The notes below the pieces were generated by a model that saw only the letters and a list, made by a program, of their open reading frames with translations, did no database searches and had not been told where the DNA came from. A DNA stretch of 64,000 nt from Candidatus Sulfomarinibacteraceae bacterium (GTDB taxonomy: Bacteria > Acidobacteriota > Thermoanaerobaculia > Thermoanaerobaculales > Sulfomarinibacteraceae): positions 160,001 to 224,000 of the forward strand of contig CAWCLO010000003.1 of NCBI GenBank assembly GCA_963796455.1, given 5' to 3'. Below, in pieces: positions 19,171-28,804 of this stretch (positions within the stretch are counted from its first letter, which is position 1; each line of letters opens with the position of its first letter). A program made the translations under genes and the position numbers.

Positions 19171-19463
19171 GGGATGGGAAAGGGAGAAAGGGGGAAAGGG
19201 AGAAAGGGAGACCGAGTATTCAGCCTCGTTTGGGGCAGGGACAATGAGCTGGCAGCCCACTTTCAAGATGTCATCCTGAGCGAAGCGCCCTTGGCGCGAA
19301 GTCGAAGGATCTGCGGCTCGAGGTCTTTGTTGTCCACCTCATAGATCCTTCGACTACGCCCCCTGTGGGGCTCCGCTCAGGATGACATCGGGAGACGACA
19401 TTCACATACAGGAGAATTCGGTGCCGGGCGTTTCTCCCTTTCTCCCTCTCCCCCTTTCTCCCC
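19171..19463. repeat. Composite repeat: GGGAGAAA arm, GTCATCCTGAGC palindrome, TTTCTCCC arm
   Basis: 16-bp IR at 19267-19282/19374-19389, inner IR at 19300-19312/19343-19355; related copies at 36.5-36.9 kb and 60.9-61.6 kb. Confidence 0.8.
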
Positions 19464-19466
19464 AGC

Positions 19467-19497
19467 AAAGAAAAGGGCGGGGCCGAAGCCCCGCCCT
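19467..19497 (-). terminator. Rho-independent terminator after the DUF4097 gene
   Basis: AGGGCGGGGC-TTCG-GCCCCGCCCT followed by TTTCTTT on the minus strand. Confidence 0.85.
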
Positions 19498-19519
19498 CGA
19501 ATTTCCTTGATCTGTTGAG

Positions 19520-20422
19520 TTATTTCGCCATCAACTTGATCGTACCGCTGAAGCTGGTCAGCGAAATGCTCGGGCCGCCGTGACCGGTGTTGAAGCTCAA
19601 CTCTTTCCCAGGAGTGTACTTACTCGTGCGTTGCGCCTCCGGACCGAACTCGTTTTTGATCGAGCCCGAGAAGGTGCTCAGATCGTAGGACGCGGGCGCA
19701 TTGGAGTCGACCAGGAGCGTGATGGTCCCGCTCATGGTTTCCATGTCCACATCGACTTCCGCGCTGGGCACCGCGTAGCAGTCGATGTTGCCCGACACCG
19801 TTTCCATGCTCGCCTCGCCGAGAGAACCGCCGTTGATGATGATCTTGCCGCTCACGTTTTCGGCATCGAAATCACCGAGGGCCGTGTCGACTTCGATTTC
19901 ACCACTCACCGATTCGATCGACGTGCCCGAGGGGGCGGTTTCCACATTCACCGAACCGCTCACCGCCTCGATGTCGAGACCTTCGGGTTGGCCGCGGACG
20001 ATCACCGCACCGCTGACGGTCTCGATATCCACCCAACTCGTCATTCCGGAGACCGAGATCGACGAGCTCACCGTCTCCACCGAAAGAGGTGAGTCTGCCG
20101 GCAGGCGGATCACGAGATCGGTGTTGGTGATCTGCTTTCCGTGATAGTCCTCGTCAAACTCGACTTCGATATGGATCTCACCATCCTCTTCATCGACGCT
20201 GATATCGAGTTCTTCCACCCCATCGCCAAGAGTGCCCGTCACTTCGAGCGTGCTGTTGTTCCAGGCTTCAAAAGTCAGCGAACCGGCCAGATTCTCGACC
20301 TGGATCTCGGCTCCGGGCGCCACCGGGACGCTCTCGTTGACCGTTTGGCCCGCCGATGCGGCAGCAGCGGCCGCAACAACCAGCACCATCACCAGAGTTG
20401 CCAATTTCGTCGTGTCTTTCAT
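19520..20422 (-). CDS. DUF4097 family beta-strand repeat protein, secreted
   Basis: Signal peptide; repeated ETVSG/ESVSG/ENVSG motifs. Confidence 0.85.
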   Translation of the reverse strand: MKDTTKLATLVMVLVVAAAAAASAGQTVNESVPVAPGAEIQVENLAGSLTFEAWNNSTLEVTGTLGDGVEELDISVDEEDGEIHIEVEFDEDYHGKQITNTDLVIRLPADSPLSVETVSSSISVSGMTSWVDIETVSGAVIVRGQPEGLDIEAVSGSVNVETAPSGTSIESVSGEIEVDTALGDFDAENVSGKIIINGGSLGEASMETVSGNIDCYAVPSAEVDVDMETMSGTITLLVDSNAPASYDLSTFSGSIKNEFGPEAQRTSKYTPGKELSFNTGHGGPSISLTSFSGTIKLMAK

Positions 20423-20453
20423 GCTCACCTCCACTCCCATTCGAACGGGATTA

Positions 20454-21110
20454 TTAAACTTCAGCTGGTAGCCGCACAGCGCGTTGCAGGAGACCGATCT
20501 GCTGCCGATAGGCGCCGGCGAGTTGTTTCATCAAAAATTCGTCCTCGGGGTTCTCACTCAAGGCCCCCGCAATTCGTGCCATGGCCTCTTCGATGACCTG
20601 CATGTTTTCGGTCAAGATCTTCTGCGTATCAGGCGACAATTCATGCCGCCTCGCCTCGAGCGCATCGAGAAGCCCGTCCCGGGTGACCAGGTAGTCGTCT
20701 ACTCCAAGCTCCGCAAAGGAAGCGAGAAGGATGGTTGATTCGTCGATTTCAATCGGCGCCGGAAGCTGGGCGACCGGCATCGCCTGATGGCGCCCGACCA
20801 GGTAGGCCGTGGCGACCGATGCCATGATCAGGAGGGCGGCGGCGGCAGCCAGCAGAGCACGTCGCCCGAATGAGGCACGTACGATTTTCGCCGATTCGAT
20901 CTCGTTGGCGATAGCCGGCCACAGGTCATGGGGTGGTTGCGCTGACCGCGGCATTCGATCGACCCGGGCACGCAATTCGCCCACCAACTCGATCTCGTCG
21001 CCACAGGTGGCACATCCACCGAGATGGTCTTTGATCGCCTTCGCGGTGGCCGAATCGAGACAACCATCGAGGAAATCGTCGATACGATCGAGGACGTCGT
21101 TGCAGTTCAT
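20454..21110 (-). CDS. zf-HC2 anti-sigma factor
   Basis: MNC...HLGGCATC, single TM helix; overlaps the sigma-factor stop. Confidence 0.88.
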   Translation of the reverse strand: MNCNDVLDRIDDFLDGCLDSATAKAIKDHLGGCATCGDEIELVGELRARVDRMPRSAQPPHDLWPAIANEIESAKIVRASFGRRALLAAAAALLIMASVATAYLVGRHQAMPVAQLPAPIEIDESTILLASFAELGVDDYLVTRDGLLDALEARRHELSPDTQKILTENMQVIEEAMARIAGALSENPEDEFLMKQLAGAYRQQIGLLQRAVRLPAEV

Positions 21111-21658
21111 GTTTTTAACGCCTTTCGCAGGAGCTTTCGGGCCCGGTGGAGTTGCGCCTTGGATGTTCCAACCGCCACCCCGGTGATCTCAGCGATCTCC
21201 CGGTGCCGAAATCCCTCGATGTCGTGGAGGACAAAGATCGTTCTCGCGCGATCGGGGAGCGCCGTCACTGCCCGTTCAAGATCGAGCGCATCTCCGGGCC
21301 AACCGTTCAAACCCTGGACTTCGTTCAGCACCGCATCGCTCACCGCATTGATCCGTGCCTCGCGCCGCGCCGCACTGCGTCGGTTGCCGAGCACCACGTT
21401 GACGGTCACGCGATGAAGCCACGTCGAGAACGCGCTCGATCCCCGAAAGGACCCCAGTTTCTGCCATGCCCGGACAAAGGCCTCCTGCGCCAGCTCTTCG
21501 GCCATCGAGGGATCGCCCGACATCCGCAGACACAAAAGATAGACCCTGCCGGAGTTGGCTCGATAGAGCTCCTCGAAAGCAGCCACATCCCCCCTGGCGG
21601 CACGTTGGACGAGCTCGCGGTCTGACGGCTGGTGGGAGTCGACAACGATTTTCGGCAT
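21107..21658 (-). CDS. ECF RNA polymerase sigma factor
   Basis: AEELAQEAF, FSTWLHRV, EIAEITG...GTSKAQLHRAR; start uncertain. Confidence 0.92.
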   Translation of the reverse strand: MPKIVVDSHQPSDRELVQRAARGDVAAFEELYRANSGRVYLLCLRMSGDPSMAEELAQEAFVRAWQKLGSFRGSSAFSTWLHRVTVNVVLGNRRSAARREARINAVSDAVLNEVQGLNGWPGDALDLERAVTALPDRARTIFVLHDIEGFRHREIAEITGVAVGTSKAQLHRARKLLRKALKT

Positions 21659-21876
21659 CGGCGGCCTCACCGGCTCGGTCAACGGGTTCAAGAGCTGCGT
21701 TTCCACACCCATTGAGATGCCGGAGGTGACCGAATGGTTGTACTGCGGAATCGGCGATCCCGCAAGGCTCGGTCCCCGGATCATTGTTCCGCCACATTTC
21801 TCACTTTGGTCCACCGGCTTCGGAATCTTCTCCACTCGACGGGGGTTGATGGCAGAGAGGTCGATGGAGGGAAACA

Positions 21877-22267
21877 ATGTACGACTCGGAAGCCCAAACT
21901 CGGGGGGTGGTGGTGGCTGTCAAGTCAAGCTATGTTCCCGAACGATCACAGCCGCTGCAACAGCGGTGGTTTTTTTCTTTACAGGATTCGGATTTCCAAC
22001 AACGGCCCGGACCCGGTTCAGCTTCTCAATCGCCACTGGGTCATCACCGACGCCAACGGAAATGTCGAAGAAGTGCGCGGTCCCGGAGTGATCGGTGAAC
22101 AACCCCAATTGGCACCCGGCGAGTCCTTTGAATACACCTCCTTCTGTCCCCTTTCGACCCCATTTGGAACCATGGAGGGCAGCTACGAGATGGTCACCGA
22201 GCAGGGTGAGCATTTTCTTGCCAATATCGGACTCTTCACCCTCAGTCAACCGATGGCGGTGAATTAA
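21877..22267 (+). CDS. apaG: ApaG protein, frameshifted at a T-run near 21970-21980
   Basis: N-terminus ...SYVPERSQP..RWFFS in one frame, YRIRISN..QLLNRHW..VRGPGVIGEQP..YTS in the next. Confidence 0.9.
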
Positions 22268-22270
22268 CGA

Positions 22271-23185
22271 CTACACGCTCTCGGCGAGCACCGTCTCGAC
22301 ATCGTCTGGGTCGATCCATTCGATCGCGATGCCCCGCTTCTCCATGCCCCGGAACCAGGTCTGTTGCCGCTTGGCAAAACGGCCGATCGCGCGCTCGAGA
22401 TCGGCCTGCATGCGGTCGCGGCTCTTTTTTCCAAGCAGATAGGCTGCGACTTCACGGTATTCGAGACCGAGATCGTGGAGGCGCTTCGGCTCGAGACCGC
22501 TATCGAGCAGCGTCCGGACTTCATCGATGAGCCCTTCATCGAGACGAGCGACCAGACGGCGCCGAATTCTTGCCTGCAGCGTCTGCCGCTCGATAGCGAA
22601 GCCGAAGACCGAATAGGAGATCTCGAGCCCGGGCCCACTGCTCGACTCCACCGGGCCCTGTCGTCTGGCTTCGGCAATCTCGAGCTCACGAATCAACCTG
22701 CGGCGGCTCGCGAAATCGATCACCTCCGGGTCGGCCATCTCGCGACGGGCCATCAAAACCAGTTCATCGGTCGCCAGCCTGTCCAGGCGCTGCCGAAGCG
22801 AAGCGTTCTGCGGCACATCGACGATTCGATAGTCCCGGACCACCGATTCGACGTAGAGCCCGGTCCCGCCAACCATCACCAGGGGAATCGCCCCCGTCGC
22901 GAAGCCCTCTCGTTCGGAGAAAGAACGAAAAACCGAATAACAATCTTTTTGGAAACGAAAAAGCGTATAGACCTCGTCGGGTTCGGCGATATCGATGAGG
23001 TGGTATGGAACCGGAGGTGTAACCTGCGAGTACTCGTCGAGATCCTTGCCGGTGCCGATATCGAGACCGCGATAAACCTGACGCGAGTCGGCGGATACGA
23101 TTTCCGAACCCAGACGATGGGCCACCTCGACGCCAAGCCGGGTCTTGCCGCTCGCGGTTGGCCCGACAATCACAATGACTCTCAT
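22271..23185 (-). CDS. miaA: tRNA dimethylallyltransferase
   Basis: GPTASGKT, SADSRQVYRGLDIGTGK, VGGTGLY, FAKRQQTWF. Confidence 0.93.
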   Translation of the reverse strand: MRVIVIVGPTASGKTRLGVEVAHRLGSEIVSADSRQVYRGLDIGTGKDLDEYSQVTPPVPYHLIDIAEPDEVYTLFRFQKDCYSVFRSFSEREGFATGAIPLVMVGGTGLYVESVVRDYRIVDVPQNASLRQRLDRLATDELVLMARREMADPEVIDFASRRRLIRELEIAEARRQGPVESSSGPGLEISYSVFGFAIERQTLQARIRRRLVARLDEGLIDEVRTLLDSGLEPKRLHDLGLEYREVAAYLLGKKSRDRMQADLERAIGRFAKRQQTWFRGMEKRGIAIEWIDPDDVETVLAESV

Positions 23186-24375
23186 TGCTCGAACTGTCCC
23201 CGGAGTCGTTCGTCGAGACGCTCCACCTCCGGCCGGTCCATGCCTGCCAGAAGTACCCCGTAACGCAGGGGACGGCCAGCGTCGAACCCAAGGGGCGAGG
23301 TGAGCAGGACGCCACACCGCCGGAGCGGATCGAAGGCATCGTCGCCCAAAGCCACGACCAGGTCATCGAACGACGAGGGCAAACGCAGCTTTCGAGCTGA
23401 AAAGAGACGCCAGTAGACCACCCTGTCCCGCCCCCAATCACGCCACAGGCTCTTTCCGGGGGCAGACATACAGCCGCGCGCGTTGATGTCGACAAGTGCG
23501 CGCAGCCGGGGCAGACCATCGTCGTCCCACACAAAGCTATCGATACAAACCGGACCTTTGTACCCGTCGCGCGCAAGCCGACGAGCAGCCGTTTTCACGG
23601 CTGTCCCGATCTTCTCGCGCCACGGCTCCACCGTTCTCGAATCGAGATCAAAGATCGCCCCGATAAAGGCGCCGTCGGCGGTATTGACGACCTCGTGAAT
23701 CTGCAATCCGTGAATCGATCCATCACCCGACACCTCGAAGACCGAGGCGAGATCGAGCACGCGCGGACGGAATCGTTCAAGCACGACACACGGGTTCTCG
23801 ACCAGCATTCCTTCGATGACGCGTCGATCGGCCTCGCTCAATGGGAGAGATCGGAGTCTGCGATTCCCCAATCCGGAATTCCCGTGCTCCGATTTGACCA
23901 TCCACTCGACCCCGGATGAAGGCTGCCCGGCCAGGAAATCCACCACTGATTCGACGGAGGTGAAAACACCGAGGACCTCTTTTCCATCACCGATCGCAGT
24001 CTCGACCTCAGCGGCAAAGCGACGTCCATTCACTCGGCGCACGACATCGAGAAGGGGATGATCAACCGGCTCCGCGTAGCGACGATTGAGCTCGGATGCC
24101 TGCAGATTCCAGCCGAAGGGCCTGAGAGTGGCATGCCGCCGGATCGATGGCGCAACACTGACCTTCGGATGCTCGATGCCGCAATCTTTGAAATAGCGGG
24201 CGAAATCTCGATCCACCTCCCGATCGAGGAGGATCGAGTCTCCGCCTCGAGCCAGGAGCAGAAAATGCCACGGCAATTCGGCGGCCTGACGCTCTCGCGC
24301 TCGCCCGAAGGGTCTGACGCCACCCCGACGCAGACTGAGGTCAAAATCCGCATTGATGAAATGCTCCCGGCCCAT
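23182..24375 (-). CDS. Hypothetical protein with ATP-grasp-like C-terminal half
   Basis: VKSEHGNSGLG, GYKGPVCID and DINAR resemble ATP-grasp motifs. Confidence 0.6.
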   Translation of the reverse strand: MGREHFINADFDLSLRRGGVRPFGRARERQAAELPWHFLLLARGGDSILLDREVDRDFARYFKDCGIEHPKVSVAPSIRRHATLRPFGWNLQASELNRRYAEPVDHPLLDVVRRVNGRRFAAEVETAIGDGKEVLGVFTSVESVVDFLAGQPSSGVEWMVKSEHGNSGLGNRRLRSLPLSEADRRVIEGMLVENPCVVLERFRPRVLDLASVFEVSGDGSIHGLQIHEVVNTADGAFIGAIFDLDSRTVEPWREKIGTAVKTAARRLARDGYKGPVCIDSFVWDDDGLPRLRALVDINARGCMSAPGKSLWRDWGRDRVVYWRLFSARKLRLPSSFDDLVVALGDDAFDPLRRCGVLLTSPLGFDAGRPLRYGVLLAGMDRPEVERLDERLRGQFEQ

Positions 24376-24539
24376 CGGCCCCAGAGTAACCCAGGTCGAC
24401 CTGACGCAATGTACAATGACGCCAGCAGCAACAATGGAATCAAGGACCTCGAAAACATGGCATGAAGCTGTGGTTGGGCGGTGCGCCCAGGTCGCATTGT
24501 TTGTTGAGCGGATCGTTTCAGCGTCATCGGGAGGGCATT

Positions 24540-27104
24540 TTGATCGGCAGCACGGTCTCTCATTACCGCATCCTGGAACGACTGGGCGGTGGCGGCATGG
24601 GCATCGTTTACAAGGCCCAGGACACCCGCCTCGATCGTGCCGTTGCGCTCAAGTTTCTGCCCGCGGAATGGGTTCAGGAACAACTTCTTCGAGAACGCTT
24701 CAAGCGCGAGGCACGGGCGGCCTCCTCCCTCGATCACCCCAACATCTGCACCATTTTCGACATCGGAGAAACACCGGAAGGCCAACTCTTCATCGCCATG
24801 GCGCACTGTTCCGGCGAGACCCTGAAACACCGGATCCTGCGTGGGCCGCTCGCGGTCGAAGACGCGGTGGAGATAACGATCCAGATCGCCGACGGCCTCG
24901 AGAACGCCCACGAGGCGGGCATCGTCCACCGCGACATCAAACCGGCCAACCTGCTTTTTGACGACCGCAAACAAATCAAAATCGTCGATTTCGGCCTCGC
25001 AAAGCTCGCCGGAGAGGCCGCCGTCACCCTCGAAGGCTCGGTGGTAGGCACACCGGCCTATATGTCACCCGAGCAGGCCACCGGTGAGACGCTCGACGGC
25101 CGCAGCGATATCTGGGCCGTGGGCGCGGTGCTGTACGAGATGCTGACCGGCCGCCGGGCCTTTGCCGCCGGACACGACCGCGCCATCCTGCTCGCCATCA
25201 CCAGCACCGACCCGACGCCGATCGACGATCTTCGTCCTGAAGTCCCCGGCGAGTTGCTGCGAATCGTCGGCAGGTGCCTCGAACGCGAGCCTGCAGAACG
25301 TTATCAGCACGCACGCCATCTGGTGGCCGAACTGAAGCGCTTCCGGGGCGAATCCACCCCCGCAGAAATCGTGACTCAAACGATGCCGTCCTCGATGGTC
25401 GTGCGCCGCCCGAGAAAATTGCGCCGCTGGCTGCCGGCCATCGCAGGGGTCGCGATCCTCGCTGCCGGGGTCTTTCTCTACCCCTTGCTGATTCGTCCTG
25501 CAAAACAACACCTTGTTGTCTTGCCCTTCAATTGTCCGGCTGCTGACGTGCAGTCCCAGATCATGTGCGTCGGATTGCTCGACACAGTGACTGCAAAACT
25601 CTCCGAGTTGAGGAGGTTCCAAGACTCACTCTCGGTCGTTCCGGCTAGCGAGATCCGCAGCCGCCGGGTCAACAGCGCCGATCTGGCGCACAAGATATTC
25701 GGCATCGATCTGGTGATCTCGGGGAGCGTCCTTGCAGAAGAAGAGACCCTCCGCATCCCGATCGAACTGGTTGATGCAATGCGCTTGCGTCAATTGCGCT
25801 CTCGCACCATCACCACCGAGAAGACGGCGGATTTCGTGCTCCAGGACCGTGTCGCGGAGGTGATCGAAGAGATGCTCGACATCGAACTCCGCGATCATGA
25901 GCGCAATGCCATGCAGATCGGCGGCACCCGCAACGCGGAAGCGGCGGAGCTCTTTCTCGAGGCGCGCGGGCGATCCAGCGACAACCCGTCGGAGAACCAG
26001 CTCTCTCAGGCAATCCGCCTCTACCGCGAGGCACTCGACCTCGACCCGGATTATGCGGAAGCCATGATCCAGCTGGCGCACTCGTGTCATCAACGTTATC
26101 TGTCGAGCCGAGATCCGATCTGGCTCGAACACGGTACGACTTATGCCCGGCGAGCGGTCGATGTGGCGCCGGATCTGCCGGCTGCGCACGCCGCCGCCGG
26201 ACATCTGGCTCTGGAATCGGGAGATCCCTCCTTTGCCATCGATCACCTTCAGCGCGCGGTCGCCCTCGATCCGCTGGATCTCGTGGCCTCGATGCTTCTC
26301 GCCACGGCTTATCGAGCCACCGGAGACGAAGAAAATGCCCAGGCGGTGGTGGATCGCGCCATCCGTACCGGTCCCGAGGACTGGCGCACCTTCTATGCAT
26401 TCGGCAAGTTTTTCTACAAGCGCCACGACCTCGCCCAGGCCGCAGAATACTTTCGCCGGGTCGTGGAATTGCTGCCCGATTTCAGCATCGGTCACACCGC
26501 CCTGGGCAGCACGCTCTTTTATCTCGGTGACCGCGCCGGCGCCCGCGAGCATCTCGAGCGGGCCTGTGCCATCGGCTGCGGTTATGAGGGCCTGAACAAT
26601 CTCGCGACCCTCGAGTTCTACGACGGCCGATCGGCCGCGGCCGCGGATCTCTACCGGCGCGCCCTCGATCTCGACGATCGCGACTACAGCGTCTGGAACA
26701 ACCTCGCCGAGGCCACGGCAGGCCTCGAACCAGCGCAAACGGAACGCGTTCAGGCGGCCTACCGGCGGGCCGCAGAGCTGGCGGAAAAAGTGCTCGAAGA
26801 GCGCGAAGACGATGTGACGGTGTTGGTGGACCTGGCTTCCTTCAATGCACATCTCGGGGACGAGGCGGAGGCTCGTCGCCTCCTCGAGCGGGTCGCCTCG
26901 TTGGACGTCAAAGACCCCAACATCATGGTTGCCCTCGCCGACGTATTCGAAAGGCTCGGCGAGCGCAACCTGGCGATGGATTGGATCAAACGCGCGGTCG
27001 AGGCGGGATACCCGATCCAGATCATCCTGGACTATGCCGGTTTTGCCGAGTTGAAGACCGACCGGCGATTTGAAGAATTGGTCGAAGCCGCCACGATCGA
27101 GTAG
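24540..27104 (+). CDS. Ser/Thr protein kinase with TM segment and TPR repeats
   Basis: GGGGMG, VALK, HRDIKPAN, DFG and YMSPEQ motifs; TM helix; TPRs; TTG start. Confidence 0.93.
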   Translation: MIGSTVSHYRILERLGGGGMGIVYKAQDTRLDRAVALKFLPAEWVQEQLLRERFKREARAASSLDHPNICTIFDIGETPEGQLFIAMAHCSGETLKHRILRGPLAVEDAVEITIQIADGLENAHEAGIVHRDIKPANLLFDDRKQIKIVDFGLAKLAGEAAVTLEGSVVGTPAYMSPEQATGETLDGRSDIWAVGAVLYEMLTGRRAFAAGHDRAILLAITSTDPTPIDDLRPEVPGELLRIVGRCLEREPAERYQHARHLVAELKRFRGESTPAEIVTQTMPSSMVVRRPRKLRRWLPAIAGVAILAAGVFLYPLLIRPAKQHLVVLPFNCPAADVQSQIMCVGLLDTVTAKLSELRRFQDSLSVVPASEIRSRRVNSADLAHKIFGIDLVISGSVLAEEETLRIPIELVDAMRLRQLRSRTITTEKTADFVLQDRVAEVIEEMLDIELRDHERNAMQIGGTRNAEAAELFLEARGRSSDNPSENQLSQAIRLYREALDLDPDYAEAMIQLAHSCHQRYLSSRDPIWLEHGTTYARRAVDVAPDLPAAHAAAGHLALESGDPSFAIDHLQRAVALDPLDLVASMLLATAYRATGDEENAQAVVDRAIRTGPEDWRTFYAFGKFFYKRHDLAQAAEYFRRVVELLPDFSIGHTALGSTLFYLGDRAGAREHLERACAIGCGYEGLNNLATLEFYDGRSAAAADLYRRALDLDDRDYSVWNNLAEATAGLEPAQTERVQAAYRRAAELAEKVLEEREDDVTVLVDLASFNAHLGDEAEARRLLERVASLDVKDPNIMVALADVFERLGERNLAMDWIKRAVEAGYPIQIILDYAGFAELKTDRRFEELVEAATIE

Positions 27105-27135
27105 GCGACTCGACAACAAACTGGACGGAGGACAA

Positions 27136-27534
27136 ATGGACTATAAGGACGAAAACCACATCACCATCGACGTGAATCCCGAGAAAAAACCAATGGTCGG
27201 AAAAATCGAGGTCGATGCGGTCAGCCGGACCGCCAGCGTCACGGCGGAAGGCGGCGACGTGGTGGTCTTCCTACCGGTGCGTGGAGGGCTCGTGGAACGC
27301 TCGACCAACGAGAACGCGAAATTCGCGAACCGGGAGAAGATCGGCACCTTCTATGGATTCGCATTCGATGTGGAGGCCGGGCAGACCGCGCAATTCAGGG
27401 TCGAGGTCGAAAACACCGAGGAGCTGATCGTTCACTATCTGGTCAGGTGTCATTCCGGTGACACCGGCGGCTACTGGGCGAAAGGCGACGCTTCTCCGCC
27501 ACGGATGATCATCCCGCCTGTTCCACCAGGCTGA
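27136..27534 (+). CDS. Hypothetical protein
   Basis: GGAGG RBS; follows the kinase on the same strand. Confidence 0.7.
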   Translation: MDYKDENHITIDVNPEKKPMVGKIEVDAVSRTASVTAEGGDVVVFLPVRGGLVERSTNENAKFANREKIGTFYGFAFDVEAGQTAQFRVEVENTEELIVHYLVRCHSGDTGGYWAKGDASPPRMIIPPVPPG

Positions 27535-27536
27535 GT

Positions 27537-28157
27537 TCAATCGAACTGAATTTGCAGGGCCCGCTGAACGGCGGGTCTCTGGCCGATGGCATCGAGCCAC
27601 CTCGCCGTGGCCGGGTAGTCATCGATATCGATGCTGAATCGTGCGTGGTTCTTCATCCACGGGTAACAGGCGATGTCGGCTATGGAGTATTCGCCCGCAA
27701 GATACCGCCGGTTTCGAAGCTGGCTCTCGACCACGCCATAGAGGCGCTCGGCTTCGGTGATGAATCGTTCCACCGCAAAGGGCACCGGCTCCGGCGCCCG
27801 ATGAAGGAAATAGCCCGCCTGGCCGAGGAAGGGGCCGATACCGCCCACCTGGAACATCAGCCAGGACAGAGTCTGCCACCTCCCCGCCGGATCAGACGGC
27901 AGCAACATGCCGCTTTTCTCGGCGAGATAGAGCAGGATGGCGCCCGACTCGAAGATCGCGATCGGATTGCCGTCCGGGCCCGCCGGGTCCACGATGGCCG
28001 GTATCTTTCCATTTGGGTTGATGGTCAGGTACCTGGGTGATTTCTGTTCGCCCTCGTCGAGGTTGATTGCGTGGAGGCGGTATTCAATCCCGGTTTCTTC
28101 CAGCATGATGTGGATCTTGTGCCCATTGGGCGTGGACCAGGTGTAGAGGTCGATCAT
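27537..28157 (-). CDS. Glutathione S-transferase (YfcG/Nu class)
   Basis: TPNG, INPNGKIP, ESGAIL and SIADIA motifs. Confidence 0.92.
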   Translation of the reverse strand: MIDLYTWSTPNGHKIHIMLEETGIEYRLHAINLDEGEQKSPRYLTINPNGKIPAIVDPAGPDGNPIAIFESGAILLYLAEKSGMLLPSDPAGRWQTLSWLMFQVGGIGPFLGQAGYFLHRAPEPVPFAVERFITEAERLYGVVESQLRNRRYLAGEYSIADIACYPWMKNHARFSIDIDDYPATARWLDAIGQRPAVQRALQIQFD

Positions 28158-28240
28158 ATATTCTCCTCGTCTGCTGCAACACTCTACCTTTGCTCTTCTA
28201 CTCCCGCTCGATCGATGCTGGATGCTCGATGCTCGATCAA

Positions 28241-28575
28241 TCTTTTCCAAGACAGCGTTTTCAACAGCGTTCAGGGACAGCGGCGGGGATCAGCAGACAG
28301 CGTCAGCGAACAGGAGTCAGCTATCAGCGGCAGTGAGCAGCGACAGGGGACAGCGACAGGGAACAGCGTTCAGCCATCAGTGTTCAGGGGCAGCGGTCAG
28401 GAGTACAGGCGGCGATGGAGGTCTTCGCTCACGTCCGTGCCATCCCCCGGCGGCTGTTGAACCCGAAGAACCGAGTGCTGTTTGCTGCCGCTGGTGGCTG
28501 AACGCTGACGCTGACTACTGTTCGCTGTCACTGATTCCTGTTCGCCGACCCTGATTACCGTCGCTGCCGCTGCAA
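28241..28575 (+). mobile_element. Internally deleted four-helix-bundle cassette C
   Basis: Same arms as copy A; core 28412-28468 encodes AMEVFAHVRAIPRRLLNPK, similar to the copy A C-terminus AMNAFDQVRAMTWRLLNPTK. Confidence 0.75.
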
Positions 28576-28691
28576 TTCGGGCACGGACACGGGCCACCGC
28601 AAACCGGATATGCCAAAAACCAACCCGTAGACCTCGTGTTGTTAAACGGACAACTTCAAATGAAGATTTTTCTTGGACAGAAGTGGATTCC

Positions 28692-28732
28692 GATGGCGAT
28701 AGCGATAGAAGCGATAGCGATAGCGATAGCGA
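28692..28732 (+). repeat. GCGATA hexamer tandem
   Basis: gatggcgatagcgatagaagcgatagcgatagcgatagcga; the same unit recurs at ~36840 and 61115-61145. Confidence 0.7.
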
Positions 28733-28804
28733 ACACACAGTGACAGCAACGGACTCATAAGCGGCGTTACAATGCTTCTGCAGACCGAGCGAAGGAGGCA
28801 AACC

